Positions 25,803 to 36,625 of a DNA stretch of 64,000 bases are shown in pieces. Numbering within the stretch: position 1 is the stretch's first letter; each line of letters opens with the position of its first letter. A program made the position numbers and the translations under genes. Under the pieces are notes generated by a model. It did not search any database, was not told where the DNA came from, and saw only the letters and a list, made by a program, of their open reading frames with translations. The stretch lies in the sequence record DRR723986_643, one strand, 5' to 3'.

Positions 25803-28211
25803 TCAGGGCTGCAGAACGAGCTCCGTCTCGACATTGTTGTGGATGGCCGCATCGCTGAACCACAGGTAACCCGGTTCTTCCGCCAGGTAAGCCGCCAGGA
25901 AACTGGCGTTCCACGGGTCAAACCAGCGTTCGCTGTTGCCGCCCGGAAAGTGGAACAGCAGTTTGTCGTTATCGGACAGATCGATGATGAGACGTAGCGA
26001 ATCATTGATGGTGGCCGCGTAGGGTTTATCGAAGGGGTAGATGGCCCGCATCAGGGTTTCACCCGAGCCCGAATAGGGGTGGGTACCGCCGCCGATCAGG
26101 TTCGCCGCGCGCTCCCCGGGGATAAACGGATGTTCGAAGGTAATGGTGTGAGCCTCACCCCAGCGCCACGCCCGTGGGTCCGGGCCATAAGCCTCGCTCA
26201 GCTCAGCCAGCGCCAGCTTGCCCGCCCGCCGGATCAGGTCATCCCGCGACTCGACGGTCGGGGTGCGCTGGTCGTCAAACCACTCGCTCGCTCCGGACTC
26301 GAACCAGTGCACCAGCCGCTCCTGCCAGTAGTAGCGCCGATTGAGAAAGTCGGTGAGCAGCTCCGGCGACAGATCATCCCGCAGCGTCTCCAGGGCAAAC
26401 TGTCGCCACACCGCCTGGAACACCAACGGTGCTGCTGCGTCCTTGTCGTCCATGAAGTCCCACTCAGCCAGTACGTCGGCCAGGCCGGACAGTGCTGACT
26501 CCTCGCGCAGGGCCGACACCAGTGCCGGCGTCAGCCGTTCCGCCAGGGTGTTGTAGATGTCCAGATTTGCCGCCCAGTGTGCCTGTGCATCCAGCGTGGG
26601 CGCGGACATCAATTCCATCAACCGCCAGTAACGGTCGGACGCCGCAAAATAGGTCGAATAGGCATAGGGATAATCCGCCGCGGTCACCCGGTGATTGGCG
26701 GTGCCCGTCCAGCCCTTCGCAGGATTCAGCTCCAGCGGCATGTCCTCCGGCGGCAGGCGGCCGGCCCAGTTGTCCTCGGCGCCTACCGAGAGAGGTATCA
26801 GCCCGTTACCGTGCACCCGTACCGGCACCAGCCCGGAAGCCGCGCGGGCGATATTGCCCTGCTGGTCTATCACGATGTAGCTGAGCGGCGTCGACATCTT
26901 GCGGATCGCTGTCACTGCCTCGTCCACCGACCGTGCGAGCAACAATTCCGACAGTCCGGAGTCCGGCAACACATACTCGGGCACCGACCAGCGCAGCGAC
27001 AGTACCCGGTCCGCCGCGAGGCTCATACCGTGATCGGAAATTACCGGACCGCGACCGGTTGCGCGCACCACCAGGGTTTCGCTGCGGTAACCACCCTCGG
27101 CATCGGCATCCTTTATCCGCAGGGTTTCCTCGCGCTCGATAAAGGCGATACTGGTGTCGCCTTCCAGGTAATGGCCGGGCTTGTCCGGGTCGAGTCGTTC
27201 CACGAACAGGTCGATGATATCCGCATAGCCATTGGTCGCACCGTAGGCGATGTGATCGGTGCGGGCGGCGCCCAGGCCCGGCCCACCCGGATTGGCGGTG
27301 CCCACCGCGCGCACTTCCGGGGTAATAATGCCCATCGGGTACCAGAAGCCCGGCAAGCGGCGCGCATCCAGGTGCGGATCATTGCTCAGGATCGGCTTAC
27401 CCCCGGCGGACCGGGTGCTGCCCGTAGCCCAGGCGTTGCTGCCGATGGCGAAGCGCGCGCTGAGCGGGCTATCGAACAGGTCTTGTTCTACGGTGAGCCC
27501 GGTGGGCTGTGAAAAGCCGGCAAGCAATGACGCGTCCCGAACAGCTTGCTCCGCCCCGGCGACCAGGGGTGGAATCGTTCGCGGGTCATCGGGGTTGATG
27601 TTGAGCGGCCGCAGCTGGTGGGCTCGCCCGGAGCCCAGTTCATCTATCAGGCGCAAGGTAAGTAACTCGTCGCGCCAGTTCACCGAACTGCTCCAGACCC
27701 GGAAGTACTGAATCGCCAGCATATCCTCCAGGGTCCATGGCAACACCTCGTGCCCCATCACCCGGAACATGACCGGGAATTCCCCGGCCCTGCTGGCGAT
27801 GTACTGGTTCACCCCCTCGAGGTAGGGCTGCAGGTACGCCCGCTCCTGGTCACTGATCACCGCAGCCTGGCGCCGGGCGAAGCCCGACATGTCCAGCACG
27901 CGCATCAGGCGGTCATTGCCGAGGCCGCGCTCGCCGATGAATTCCGCCAACCGGCCATGAGCCACGTACTTATACAGCTCCAGTTGGAACAGGCGCTCCT
28001 GGGCGTGCAGGAAACCCTGGGCACGCAACGCATCCTGCAGGGAATCCGCGTACACATACGGTACCCCGTCGCCCGTGCGCAACACGCGGACCGGCGAGGT
28101 CAGGCCCTCAAGGGTAATTTCGCCACTGCGCTGGTAGCTGTCGACCCTGGGCAATAACAGGACCAGGGCGATAATCAGGGCGGCAAACAGGAACAACACT
28201 AGTCGCAACAT
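25803..28211 (-). CDS. Penicillin/AHL acylase family Ntn-hydrolase (peptidase S45), membrane-anchored
   Basis: N-terminal TM; GVPYVYA, QERLFQLE, autoprocessing site IG-SNAWA, SNDPHL, TANH. Confidence 0.9.
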   Translation of the reverse strand: MLRLVLFLFAALIIALVLLLPRVDSYQRSGEITLEGLTSPVRVLRTGDGVPYVYADSLQDALRAQGFLHAQERLFQLELYKYVAHGRLAEFIGERGLGNDRLMRVLDMSGFARRQAAVISDQERAYLQPYLEGVNQYIASRAGEFPVMFRVMGHEVLPWTLEDMLAIQYFRVWSSSVNWRDELLTLRLIDELGSGRAHQLRPLNINPDDPRTIPPLVAGAEQAVRDASLLAGFSQPTGLTVEQDLFDSPLSARFAIGSNAWATGSTRSAGGKPILSNDPHLDARRLPGFWYPMGIITPEVRAVGTANPGGPGLGAARTDHIAYGATNGYADIIDLFVERLDPDKPGHYLEGDTSIAFIEREETLRIKDADAEGGYRSETLVVRATGRGPVISDHGMSLAADRVLSLRWSVPEYVLPDSGLSELLLARSVDEAVTAIRKMSTPLSYIVIDQQGNIARAASGLVPVRVHGNGLIPLSVGAEDNWAGRLPPEDMPLELNPAKGWTGTANHRVTAADYPYAYSTYFAASDRYWRLMELMSAPTLDAQAHWAANLDIYNTLAERLTPALVSALREESALSGLADVLAEWDFMDDKDAAAPLVFQAVWRQFALETLRDDLSPELLTDFLNRRYYWQERLVHWFESGASEWFDDQRTPTVESRDDLIRRAGKLALAELSEAYGPDPRAWRWGEAHTITFEHPFIPGERAANLIGGGTHPYSGSGETLMRAIYPFDKPYAATINDSLRLIIDLSDNDKLLFHFPGGNSERWFDPWNASFLAAYLAEEPGYLWFSDAAIHNNVETELVLQP

Positions 28212-28260
28212 GAGCAGTATCCGAGGTGAAACCTTCCCGGTGATTCAGCGGTCAAACTTA

Positions 28261-28372
28261 GCATTGAAACGCACCCGAGGCGGTCGAACCGAAACCTCGG
28301 CCGGGCAAAAACCGGTGCCGGGTTCAATTTCCGCGCCAGAACCAGGGGCTTGCCCGCCGACGGTTTCAATGC
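28261..28372. promoter_or_regulatory. Pair of 10-bp inverted repeats in a divergent promoter region
   Basis: GCATTGAAAC (28261-70) and GTTTCAATGC (28363-72); each precedes a -10-like hexamer on its own strand (TAAGTT, TAAAAT). Confidence 0.35.
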
Positions 28373-28404
28373 GCTAAAATCTCCACCAGTATCGAGGGTT
28401 ATCC

Positions 28405-29217
28405 ATGTACAAGCGCTTTTTCGTATTCGCCGCCGTCGCGCTGCTCGCAGGCTGTGCCACCAGCCCCACCGGGCGTACGCAGTTGATGTTGATCTCGCCG
28501 GAATCGGCCATCCTGGAGTCGAAGGCGGCCTACCTCAGCACCGTCGGTGAATTGGACAAGCAGAACAAGCTGGTCGATGACCCGCGCATGGCTGACCGGG
28601 TGGCTGGCATCACCGGCCGCCTGGTTACCGAAGCCATCGCCCTGTACCCGAACACCGCAAAGTGGGAATGGAGCGTGGCGATCATCGATGACCCCGAAAC
28701 CGTCAACGCCTGGTGCATGGCCGGTGGCCGTATGGCGGTGTACACCGGACTGTTCGAGAAACTGAAGCTTACTGACGACGAGTTTGCCCAGATCATGGGC
28801 CACGAGATTTCCCACGCCCTGGCCAACCACACCGCCGAGCGCATGTCCCGCGCCATGGCCACCAGCATCGGCGTACTGGCCGTCGGGGTAGCCTCTGATC
28901 GGCCGGCGGCAACCATGGCCGGTGCCGCAGTGGCCGCCAAGCTGGCGCTGGAATTACCCAACAGCCGTACCGCAGAGTCGGAGGCGGATCGCATCGGCAT
29001 TGAACTGGCGACCCGTGCCGGCTACGACCCGGACGCCGCTGTGAGCCTGTGGGACAAAATGGGGGCGCAAAGTAACGGAGCGCCGCCCCAGTTCCTGAGT
29101 ACCCACCCCTCACCGGGCAATCGAGGAGCCGCCCTGGCGGCGCTCACGCCGCAAATGCGCGCGCTGAACCCCACCGGCAAGAAGTCAGCCGTGCACCCGA
29201 TCGAAATCGTTCGCTAA
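28405..29217 (+). CDS. M48 family Zn metallopeptidase lipoprotein (Oma1/LoiP-like)
   Basis: Lipobox LAGC; NAWCMAGG, GHEISH, SRTAESEADRIG, FLSTHP. Confidence 0.9.
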   Translation: MYKRFFVFAAVALLAGCATSPTGRTQLMLISPESAILESKAAYLSTVGELDKQNKLVDDPRMADRVAGITGRLVTEAIALYPNTAKWEWSVAIIDDPETVNAWCMAGGRMAVYTGLFEKLKLTDDEFAQIMGHEISHALANHTAERMSRAMATSIGVLAVGVASDRPAATMAGAAVAAKLALELPNSRTAESEADRIGIELATRAGYDPDAAVSLWDKMGAQSNGAPPQFLSTHPSPGNRGAALAALTPQMRALNPTGKKSAVHPIEIVR

Positions 29218-29225
29218 GTCGCATG

Positions 29226-29247
29226 AGGGGCGGCGAGCGCCGCCCCT
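29226..29247. terminator. GC-rich hairpin between convergent genes (no U-tract)
   Basis: AGGGGCGGC-GAGC-GCCGCCCCT. Confidence 0.4.
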
Positions 29248-29252
29248 GGCTT

Positions 29253-30989
29253 CTAGTCGGCTCCGATGAACTCTGCCCGCACCGCCTGCCGCAGCAGCTC
29301 AGGCGGCAGCAGTCCCTGCTTAAGAATAAAGTCGTGGAACTTCTGCTGATCAAAGTCATCGCCCAGAGCGACCTCAACCTCGGTGCGCATCCGCATCAGG
29401 CCGATGTAGCCATAGTAATAGGAGGTCGCCTGACCCGGGGCCCAGAATGCGTACCGATCGGCCTCTGAGCTGGCCATAGGCTCTGAGAGCGCCATCTGGT
29501 TAACCAGGAAGTCCCGCGCCTCGTCGTGCGACATCTGGCCGGTATTAACCATCGGATCAAGGAACATGCGCGCCGCGCGCATCGCCCGCGTGTAGAGATT
29601 GAACAGCTGGCCTTCCAGCGGCAGATACTCATGCATGATGGACTCGGCGTACAAGCCCCAGCCTTCCGCATTCGCGCTGTTGAACGCGAAGATCGCCCGC
29701 GCCAGGGAGGTTCCGTTCTCCACCAGGCTCGCGAACTGAAGCTCATGACCCGGGCGGGCTTCGTGCACGGTCAAGGCCCAGGTGATGGCGTCATGACTCC
29801 AGTCATCCATGACCGCCGCATCGCCCATGCCCGGGTTCTTCTGCACCAGCACAAATTCGCCGTACTGCCCGGTATTGTTGATCAGTTGCGGCGGGCTCAT
29901 GAAGGATGCCGGGATCGCGGCGGACTCGGCGTCCGTCGCCAGCCGGATCATCGCGTCCCGCTCCGGCAGGGTAATCAGCTTCTCGCGCCGGATTATGGTC
30001 TCGATGGCGGCGAGGCGCTGCTGGTAGGTCGCAAGGACATCCTCGGGCGCAATCTGCTCCTGCTTCATGCGGCGGATTACCGCTACCAGGTCGCGCTCCT
30101 TCCAACCCCGTTGTTCGGCAATCTGCAGCGCCACGGCCTTCATCTCGCTGCGCAGCAACTGGTAGCTGTATTGGCCCTGGGCCATCAACTGCTCCGGCGT
30201 ATCCATGACGCCGTAGTTTTTCAGGCTGTCAGCGTAAACCGCTTCCGGGAGCAGGTTGTCCTGGCGCGCACGAGGCAGCATCTCGTCCCGCAGCCACTGC
30301 TCATAATCTGCCAGCTGCTGTTCCAGCAGCGCCATGTTCTCTTCCCAGCCGGTGAGGCCAGAACGCTCAAACACCGAGCGGATGCCTGCGACATAGCGCT
30401 GCGTATTACCCAGCTCGGTTTCCAGTTCGACGATGTAGGGGCCGAGCAGCCCTTGCTGGGAAAATCGTTCAGAGGTGCGCTGCCGGGCCTGCTCGGTTAT
30501 CGGGGTATAGCCCTCCTCGCTACCCGTGTAGCGGGCCAGTCGTACCAGCGCGGCGGGATAGCGCTCACTGTCGTTTCGGGGGTCGAGCAAACTGTTGAAG
30601 GTGCTGAACAGGAATCGATGCATGTCGGTGTGCGACAGAAGGTACTGCCGGTATATCTGCGCACTGGCAAAATCCCCGCGCTGATCATCGATCATGATCT
30701 GCAGATCCTCTCTCACCCGCGCATCTTTCTCTTCCAGGAGCGCTGATTCCAGCTCGGCGATCATCGCCTGGCGTGCAGCCTGACGGCGTTCAAAAATCCC
30801 CGGACCAAGGTCGAGAACCCGCTCATCGAAAGCGCTCAGGCCAAAGCTACCCACGCTCTCCGGCTGCAGTTCACCCTGCGCCTCCAGAACCTTCATGGCG
30901 TAGACGTCGCTGCGCTCGATCCAATCTGCGAAGGCCGGCGCTGCCAGCAGTGCCAGTAGTGGCAAGGCCAGTAAGTTCAATTTGCGCAT
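29253..30989 (-). CDS. DUF885 family exported putative metallopeptidase
   Basis: Signal peptide; HEARPGHELQ, NAEGWGLYAE, PGQATSYYYG, FHDFIL. Confidence 0.88.
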   Translation of the reverse strand: MRKLNLLALPLLALLAAPAFADWIERSDVYAMKVLEAQGELQPESVGSFGLSAFDERVLDLGPGIFERRQAARQAMIAELESALLEEKDARVREDLQIMIDDQRGDFASAQIYRQYLLSHTDMHRFLFSTFNSLLDPRNDSERYPAALVRLARYTGSEEGYTPITEQARQRTSERFSQQGLLGPYIVELETELGNTQRYVAGIRSVFERSGLTGWEENMALLEQQLADYEQWLRDEMLPRARQDNLLPEAVYADSLKNYGVMDTPEQLMAQGQYSYQLLRSEMKAVALQIAEQRGWKERDLVAVIRRMKQEQIAPEDVLATYQQRLAAIETIIRREKLITLPERDAMIRLATDAESAAIPASFMSPPQLINNTGQYGEFVLVQKNPGMGDAAVMDDWSHDAITWALTVHEARPGHELQFASLVENGTSLARAIFAFNSANAEGWGLYAESIMHEYLPLEGQLFNLYTRAMRAARMFLDPMVNTGQMSHDEARDFLVNQMALSEPMASSEADRYAFWAPGQATSYYYGYIGLMRMRTEVEVALGDDFDQQKFHDFILKQGLLPPELLRQAVRAEFIGAD

Positions 30990-31100
30990 GTCATTCCCTA
31001 CTTAGAAAAAAGGCTGGGATTTTATCAGGCGCGACAGCGGGGGTCAGCCATAGCGGGGCTGATCGGGACAGATGGAGTGATTTCTGAGATGAACTGCGAC

Positions 31101-32621
31101 TCAGGTGGCGAACAGGTCCTCACCCCGGGCCCAGCTGGCGTGAAAGCCAAAAGGCACCCGCTGTGGCATCCGCACCCGGGCGATAGGCCCGGTCGTGATA
31201 TCGGTAGCATCGAATACCAGGCAGTGTGATTGCCAGTTACCGCTGTCAGTTACCAGGGTAATGACATAGCCGTCATCCTCGGCACTGTTGCGGTCGGCTC
31301 CGGTTTTGGGTGCAAACACCGCCTCGCTGCCGAATACTCCGGGGCCGTAGTCCCAGTTCTGGCGCATACCGGTGTCATTGTCGTACTTGACCAGCCCGGT
31401 GAAACGCAGGGTGTGCCCGCCCTCGTGCAGCAGGGGGATACGCTGGTGGTAGGAATAGCGGCTCTTGACGCCGTGAAACAGCGGATTGGATTTGTTGAAC
31501 TCGGTGTTGAGGTCGTCGATATCGCCCTCTCTCACCTCCCCGGTCCGCAGGTTGAAGCGCCAGCGATAGGCATTTGCCTCTAACCGCATATAGGCCAGCA
31601 TATGAGCCAGCTCACCCTCCCCGGGCACCGCATCCGGCATCGGGTTGGTCGAGCGGCAGCCGTCCATTACCACCCAGTCGCCTGCTTCCCAGCAATTGGT
31701 GACGTGCAGGATGTAGCAGGGTTCGCATTCGAACCAGCGCACGTCGCTGCTCTGACCACGGCGCGGGATTATGCCGAAGCGCGTTGGGATATCGCGATGG
31801 AAGGTCAGCACCCGCAGGTGGTGCCGACGCAGGACCTCCAGGTCATGGAAAAACGGCAGGTCGTGGAGGATCGCGTAGTTGGTGGTAAAGCCAATATCGT
31901 GGGGCAGGCGCGCTCCCGGCAGGTCAATCGGCACCTCGTGCAGCAGCTTGCCACTCGGGTCGGCCACACCGTAGGTCATGTAGGGCGGTTCATCGCCGTA
32001 ATCGAAGAACAGCAGTTCACCGGTGGCCCAGTCCACTTTGGAGTGGGCGGAAAGGCGCCGCTGGGCGCGACCCGCGAGTTCGAAATAGCCGCGGGTTTCC
32101 AGGGTACCGGCATCGAGCCGGTAGGGATGGCCGGCGTTGTACCACAGGGTCATCAGGTCACCGGCGTACCAGAACAGGTCTGTGTTCGAGGTGTCCTTGA
32201 TGCCGAAGGGCGAAACATCGTAATCAAACGGGCCCATCACGCCCGGCGATACCGAACAGCCATTGGCCTGCTCCTCGCGGAAGGCCGCTGTCTCCACGTA
32301 GCGATTGCGGTACGAGACCTGGCCGTCGCGGAAGTACACCGCGTGGACCATACCATCGCCATCGAATGGATGGTAACGGTTCTTCGGCTGCTGGGCGGGA
32401 TTGGGACCATTGCGGAAGTAGGCCCCGCAGAGGTCGGCCGGCAGTTCGCCCTCGACCGGCAGGCCGCTTTCGGCCAGTTCCAGGGTAGTGGGCGCGTACA
32501 CGCCATGGACATAGGGGTTGTCGAGTTCGTAGATCCAGGACTGGGTGTGCTCGAAGTGCGGCACATCACCAAGGCAACGCTCGGCGGTGGGGTACTCGCG
32601 CTGGGGCAAGGCCTGGTTCAT
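31101..32621 (-). CDS. Carotenoid cleavage / lignostilbene dioxygenase family enzyme
   Basis: GAYFRNGPNP, HPFDGDGMVH, four Fe-ligand His (SAHSK, LPHD, ILHV, GFHASW), SEAVFAP, EDDGY. Confidence 0.9.
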   Translation of the reverse strand: MNQALPQREYPTAERCLGDVPHFEHTQSWIYELDNPYVHGVYAPTTLELAESGLPVEGELPADLCGAYFRNGPNPAQQPKNRYHPFDGDGMVHAVYFRDGQVSYRNRYVETAAFREEQANGCSVSPGVMGPFDYDVSPFGIKDTSNTDLFWYAGDLMTLWYNAGHPYRLDAGTLETRGYFELAGRAQRRLSAHSKVDWATGELLFFDYGDEPPYMTYGVADPSGKLLHEVPIDLPGARLPHDIGFTTNYAILHDLPFFHDLEVLRRHHLRVLTFHRDIPTRFGIIPRRGQSSDVRWFECEPCYILHVTNCWEAGDWVVMDGCRSTNPMPDAVPGEGELAHMLAYMRLEANAYRWRFNLRTGEVREGDIDDLNTEFNKSNPLFHGVKSRYSYHQRIPLLHEGGHTLRFTGLVKYDNDTGMRQNWDYGPGVFGSEAVFAPKTGADRNSAEDDGYVITLVTDSGNWQSHCLVFDATDITTGPIARVRMPQRVPFGFHASWARGEDLFAT

Positions 32622-32797
32622 TCGACTGCTCCGGCAGGCGCAGGGCCTGGACTCGTGAATAGGCCGATTATAGGTCGCGAGTTCGTTTATGCAAGGAAGT
32701 GATACACCTCAGGGAGCCAGCTCCGGCGGCTTGCCAAGCCGGCTGCCCTACCCTAGGATTTCAGTCTCATTATAAAAGTCACCCCCGGTAACAACAG

Positions 32798-33712
32798 ATG
32801 GCACCACTGGACCAGAACCTGCGGATTCCCCTGATCCAGGCGCCCATGTTCCTGCAATCCGGGCCGGCCATGGTCATCGCCTCCTGCAAGGCGGGTATCA
32901 TCGGCTCATTCCCCTCCCCCAATGCACGTACCACCGCAGACCTGGAGACCTGGTTGCAGGAGATAACGGCAGCTGTCGATCCAGCCACAGACGCGGCCTG
33001 GGCAATCAACCTGATGATGCACCGCTCCAACACCCGGCGCATGGAGGACCTGGAACTGGCGGTCAAGTACCGGGCACCCCTGGTCATTTCTGCCCTGGGC
33101 AGTCCCCGGGAGGCGGTGGAGGCCGTTCACGCTTACGGCGGCAAGGTCTATGCCGACGTGATCGACACCGGCTTCGCGCGCAAGGCCCTGGACAGCGGCG
33201 TTGACGGCCTGGTGCTGGTAGCCGCTGGCGCCGGAGGCCACACCGGGCAGCTGTCGGGATTTGCCTTTGTCGAGGAGGTGCGCCAGTTCTGGGACGGCGA
33301 TATCGTGCTCGGCGGCGGCATCGTCAGCGGCCGAGGCATCCGGGCAGCAGAGATCCTCGGCGCCACCTATGCATATATGGGCACCCGGTTCATCGCCACC
33401 GAGGAAAGCCTCGCAGACGCGCGTTACAAGGATATGGTGGTCGCCGCCAGCGGCAGCGACATCATCTGCTCGGATGCGATTACCGGGGTCAAGGCCAACT
33501 GGCTGCGCCCCAGCCTCATCCAGGCGGGCTACGACCCGGACAATATGCCCGAGCCGGGCGCCATCGACATCATCAAGGCGGCCGGCGACGTGAAGCGCTG
33601 GCGCGATATCTGGGCAGCCGGCCAGGGGGTCGGCAGTATCCGCGAAATCCTCCCGATCGCGTCCCTGGTCGACCAACTGGCGGCGCAATATGCCGCCGCC
33701 TGCGAGCACTGA
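32798..33712 (+). CDS. Nitronate monooxygenase / FabK-like FMN oxidoreductase
   Basis: IQAPMF, AAGAGGHTG, GGGI, YMGTRFIAT, WAAGQGVG. Confidence 0.88.
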   Translation: MAPLDQNLRIPLIQAPMFLQSGPAMVIASCKAGIIGSFPSPNARTTADLETWLQEITAAVDPATDAAWAINLMMHRSNTRRMEDLELAVKYRAPLVISALGSPREAVEAVHAYGGKVYADVIDTGFARKALDSGVDGLVLVAAGAGGHTGQLSGFAFVEEVRQFWDGDIVLGGGIVSGRGIRAAEILGATYAYMGTRFIATEESLADARYKDMVVAASGSDIICSDAITGVKANWLRPSLIQAGYDPDNMPEPGAIDIIKAAGDVKRWRDIWAAGQGVGSIREILPIASLVDQLAAQYAAACEH

Positions 33713-33713
33713 T

Positions 33714-35390
33714 ATGCACACGACGAATCCGGAACGCATCGACCAGCTGACCCGTGACGGTCTCTGGGGCACCGCCACCCTGCACAGCTTGCTGGCTGCC
33801 CAGGCCCGGCAGAATCCCGACTCCCTGGCAGTCGCCGACCAACCCAACAAGGCCGAACTGACCGGCTCCGCACCGGCACGCCTGAGCTTCGCAGAGCTGG
33901 ATGCCGCCAGCGACCGGCTTGCGGCACAACTGCTGGAGCCCGGTCTCGGCTGCGGCGGACGACTGATGGTGCAACTGCCAAATATCAGCGAGCTGGTGGT
34001 GTGTTTCTTCGCGGCCAGCAAGCTCGGCGCGGTGATCTCGCCTCTGCCGGTGCAATACGGCGAACACGAGATCGCCCAACTGTCGGCCGCACTGGAACCC
34101 GAGCTGTTCATCAGCTGCCATAGCTTCCGCGGCGATGACCTCGCGGCCCGGGCCCGGCAAGCCCTCAAGAGCACGCCGGTCATTGCGATCGACGGGGATA
34201 TTGACTGCCTGGGCGCCGGCGGCGAGGTATCACCGGCACTCGCGGCCCACCGCAGCAGTTTCGCTGACGATGCCAATCGCATCGTGACGGTTTGCTGGAC
34301 CTCGGGCACCACCGGTACGCCCAAGGGCGTACCGCGGTCGCACAATATGTGGCTGGCCACAGCCCGCGCCACCGCAGAGGCCGGCGGCTATCAACCGGGC
34401 GAGATACTGTTGAACCCCTTTCCGCTGGTCAACATGGCGGCGGTGGGCGGCTTCCTGTTCGCCGCCACTGAGCTGGGCTGCGCCCTGGTCTTGCATCACC
34501 CCCTCGACCCGCCGCTGTATCTGAAGCAACTGCAGGACGAGCGAGCCAACTTCACTATCGCGCCCCCGGCCCTGCTGAACCAGCTGGCCGCGAAACCCGA
34601 GCTGTGGAACGCCTTCGATTTCAGCGCGCTGCGCGCCTTTGGCTCCGGTTCCGCACCCCTGTCGCCGGATATGATTGCCACCATCGAGGGCAGCTACGGC
34701 AAGCCGGTGGTGAACTTTTATGGCTCTAACGAGGGTATCGCGCTGTTCTCCACGCCGGAGACCGCAGCGGATCCCCAGGTTCGGGCGAGCTGGTTTCCAC
34801 GCTTCGGCGCCGCCGGGGTGCACTGGGACAACTACGCCCACCGGGCGGTGCGCAGCAAGGTCATCGACCCGGACAGCGGGGCCGACGTTGAATTGCCCGG
34901 CCAGGCGGGCGAGCTCTGTTTTGCCGGCGCCACGGTGTTCGATGGCTACCTGGGCAGCGACAACCGGGAGGTATTCACTGACGACGGTTATTTCCGCACC
35001 GGCGACCTGGTGGAAATCTGCGGCGACCCGCCTGATTACTACCGCATCGTCGGTCGCTGCAAGGACATCATCAATCGCGGCGGCATGAAGATCTCACCCA
35101 GCGAGCTGGACACCCTGCTGGAGGGGCATCCCGATATCGCCGAGGCCGCCGTTTGCGCGTACCCGGACGCCATGCTCGGGGAAAAGATCTGCGCCTGTAT
35201 CGTACCCAGGCCGGAAGCTGGTCTGCCGGACCTCGCTGCGCTCGGCGACTACCTGCTCGGCAGGGGCCTGGCAAAATTCAAGCTGCCTGAACGCATCGAG
35301 CAGTTCGACGCCCTGCCCCGCAACCCCATGGGCAAGGTCATCCGCGCGGAGCTGGAAGCCGCCGTCCGCCAACGCAAGGAGAACAACTGA
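33714..35390 (+). CDS. Acyl-CoA synthetase (ANL adenylate-forming enzyme)
   Basis: WTSGTTGTPKG, YGSNE, FRTGD, GRCKDIINRGG, RNPMGK; ATG 33714 immediately follows the upstream stop. Confidence 0.9.
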   Translation: MHTTNPERIDQLTRDGLWGTATLHSLLAAQARQNPDSLAVADQPNKAELTGSAPARLSFAELDAASDRLAAQLLEPGLGCGGRLMVQLPNISELVVCFFAASKLGAVISPLPVQYGEHEIAQLSAALEPELFISCHSFRGDDLAARARQALKSTPVIAIDGDIDCLGAGGEVSPALAAHRSSFADDANRIVTVCWTSGTTGTPKGVPRSHNMWLATARATAEAGGYQPGEILLNPFPLVNMAAVGGFLFAATELGCALVLHHPLDPPLYLKQLQDERANFTIAPPALLNQLAAKPELWNAFDFSALRAFGSGSAPLSPDMIATIEGSYGKPVVNFYGSNEGIALFSTPETAADPQVRASWFPRFGAAGVHWDNYAHRAVRSKVIDPDSGADVELPGQAGELCFAGATVFDGYLGSDNREVFTDDGYFRTGDLVEICGDPPDYYRIVGRCKDIINRGGMKISPSELDTLLEGHPDIAEAAVCAYPDAMLGEKICACIVPRPEAGLPDLAALGDYLLGRGLAKFKLPERIEQFDALPRNPMGKVIRAELEAAVRQRKENN

Positions 35391-36625
35391 TGAATGCACC
35401 GGTCTATATTCTCGGCGGCAGCCAGACCGACTTCGCCCGCAACTGGGCCCGGGAAGGGCTGGAGCTGTACGACATGTTCACCGAGGTGGTGGCGGAGGCG
35501 ATCAGCGATGCCGCCATCGAACCCGCCCAGATCGAGGTTGGCCATGTGGGTAATTTTGTGGCCGACCTGTTCGCCGGCCAAGGCCTGATCGGCGGCTTCT
35601 TCGGCCAGGCCTACCCGGAACTTGCCGGTATGCCCAGCGCCCGTCACGAAGCGGCCTGCGCCTCCGGGTCGATGGCTATCCTGGCGGCCATGCGCGATAT
35701 CGAGGCCGGCCACTACGGGATCGCTTGCGTGGTCGGGCTGGAACTGATGCGCAACGTGGATGGCCGTACCGGCGCGGCACACCTGGGCGCGGCAGCCTGG
35801 CAGGGACACGAGGCACTGCAGTGCGACTTCCCCTGGCCGCACCTGTTCGACCGTCTGACCCGGGAGTACGAGGAACGTCACGGCATCCGCAGCGAGCACC
35901 TGAATGCGATCGCGCAGCTCAACTTTGGTAACGCCAAGCACAACGAGCGCGCCCAGACCCGGGGCTGGCAGTTCGCCGAGGGCTGCTTCACTGACGATGA
36001 CCAGCTGAACCCGGTGATCGAGGGCCGCGTGCGCAAGATGGATTGCGGCCAGATCACTGATGGCGGGGCCTGCCTTATCCTGGCCAGCGAAGCCGCCGCC
36101 CGCGCACACGCGGAAAAAACCGGGCAGGCACTCGCCGATATTCCGCGGATCAAGGGCTGGGGCCACCGCTCCGCCCCGATCCTGCTGGAGACCAAGCTGC
36201 AGGCGAGCAAAGGGCAGCCACTGATCTTCCCCCACGCCGCCGCGACCCTGGCGGATGCCCGCCGGCGCGCGGGGTTCGCCGATATTACCGATCTCGATGG
36301 GCTGGAAACCCATGACTGTTTCAGCGTCACCGAGTACATGGCCATCGACCACAGCGGCCTGACCGCGCCCGGCGAGAGCTGGAAAGCGATCGAGGAAGGC
36401 CGCATCACCCGCGATGGCGACTTCCCGATCAACCCCAGCGGCGGCCTGATCGGCCTCGGCCACCCGGTGGGTGCCACCGGCATCCGGATGATGCTGGACT
36501 GCGCCCGCCAGGTGAGCGGACGGGCGGGCGGCTACCAGCTGACCCGTCCCGAGAACATGATCACCTTCAATGTCGGCGGCAGCACCACGACCTGCGCCAG
36601 TTTCGTGGTCGGAGTTGGCGTTTGA
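35390..36625 (+). CDS. SCP2-type thiolase
   Basis: EAACASG (nucleophile Cys), HDCF, GHPVGATG, C-terminal NVGG; 1-nt overlap with the ligase. Confidence 0.88.
   Translation: MNAPVYILGGSQTDFARNWAREGLELYDMFTEVVAEAISDAAIEPAQIEVGHVGNFVADLFAGQGLIGGFFGQAYPELAGMPSARHEAACASGSMAILAAMRDIEAGHYGIACVVGLELMRNVDGRTGAAHLGAAAWQGHEALQCDFPWPHLFDRLTREYEERHGIRSEHLNAIAQLNFGNAKHNERAQTRGWQFAEGCFTDDDQLNPVIEGRVRKMDCGQITDGGACLILASEAAARAHAEKTGQALADIPRIKGWGHRSAPILLETKLQASKGQPLIFPHAAATLADARRRAGFADITDLDGLETHDCFSVTEYMAIDHSGLTAPGESWKAIEEGRITRDGDFPINPSGGLIGLGHPVGATGIRMMLDCARQVSGRAGGYQLTRPENMITFNVGGSTTTCASFVVGVGV

Noticed and set aside
28261-28372. ATTGAAAC, a sequence typical of CRISPR repeat ends
   Set aside because: Only two copies, inverted rather than direct, with no spacers and no cas genes
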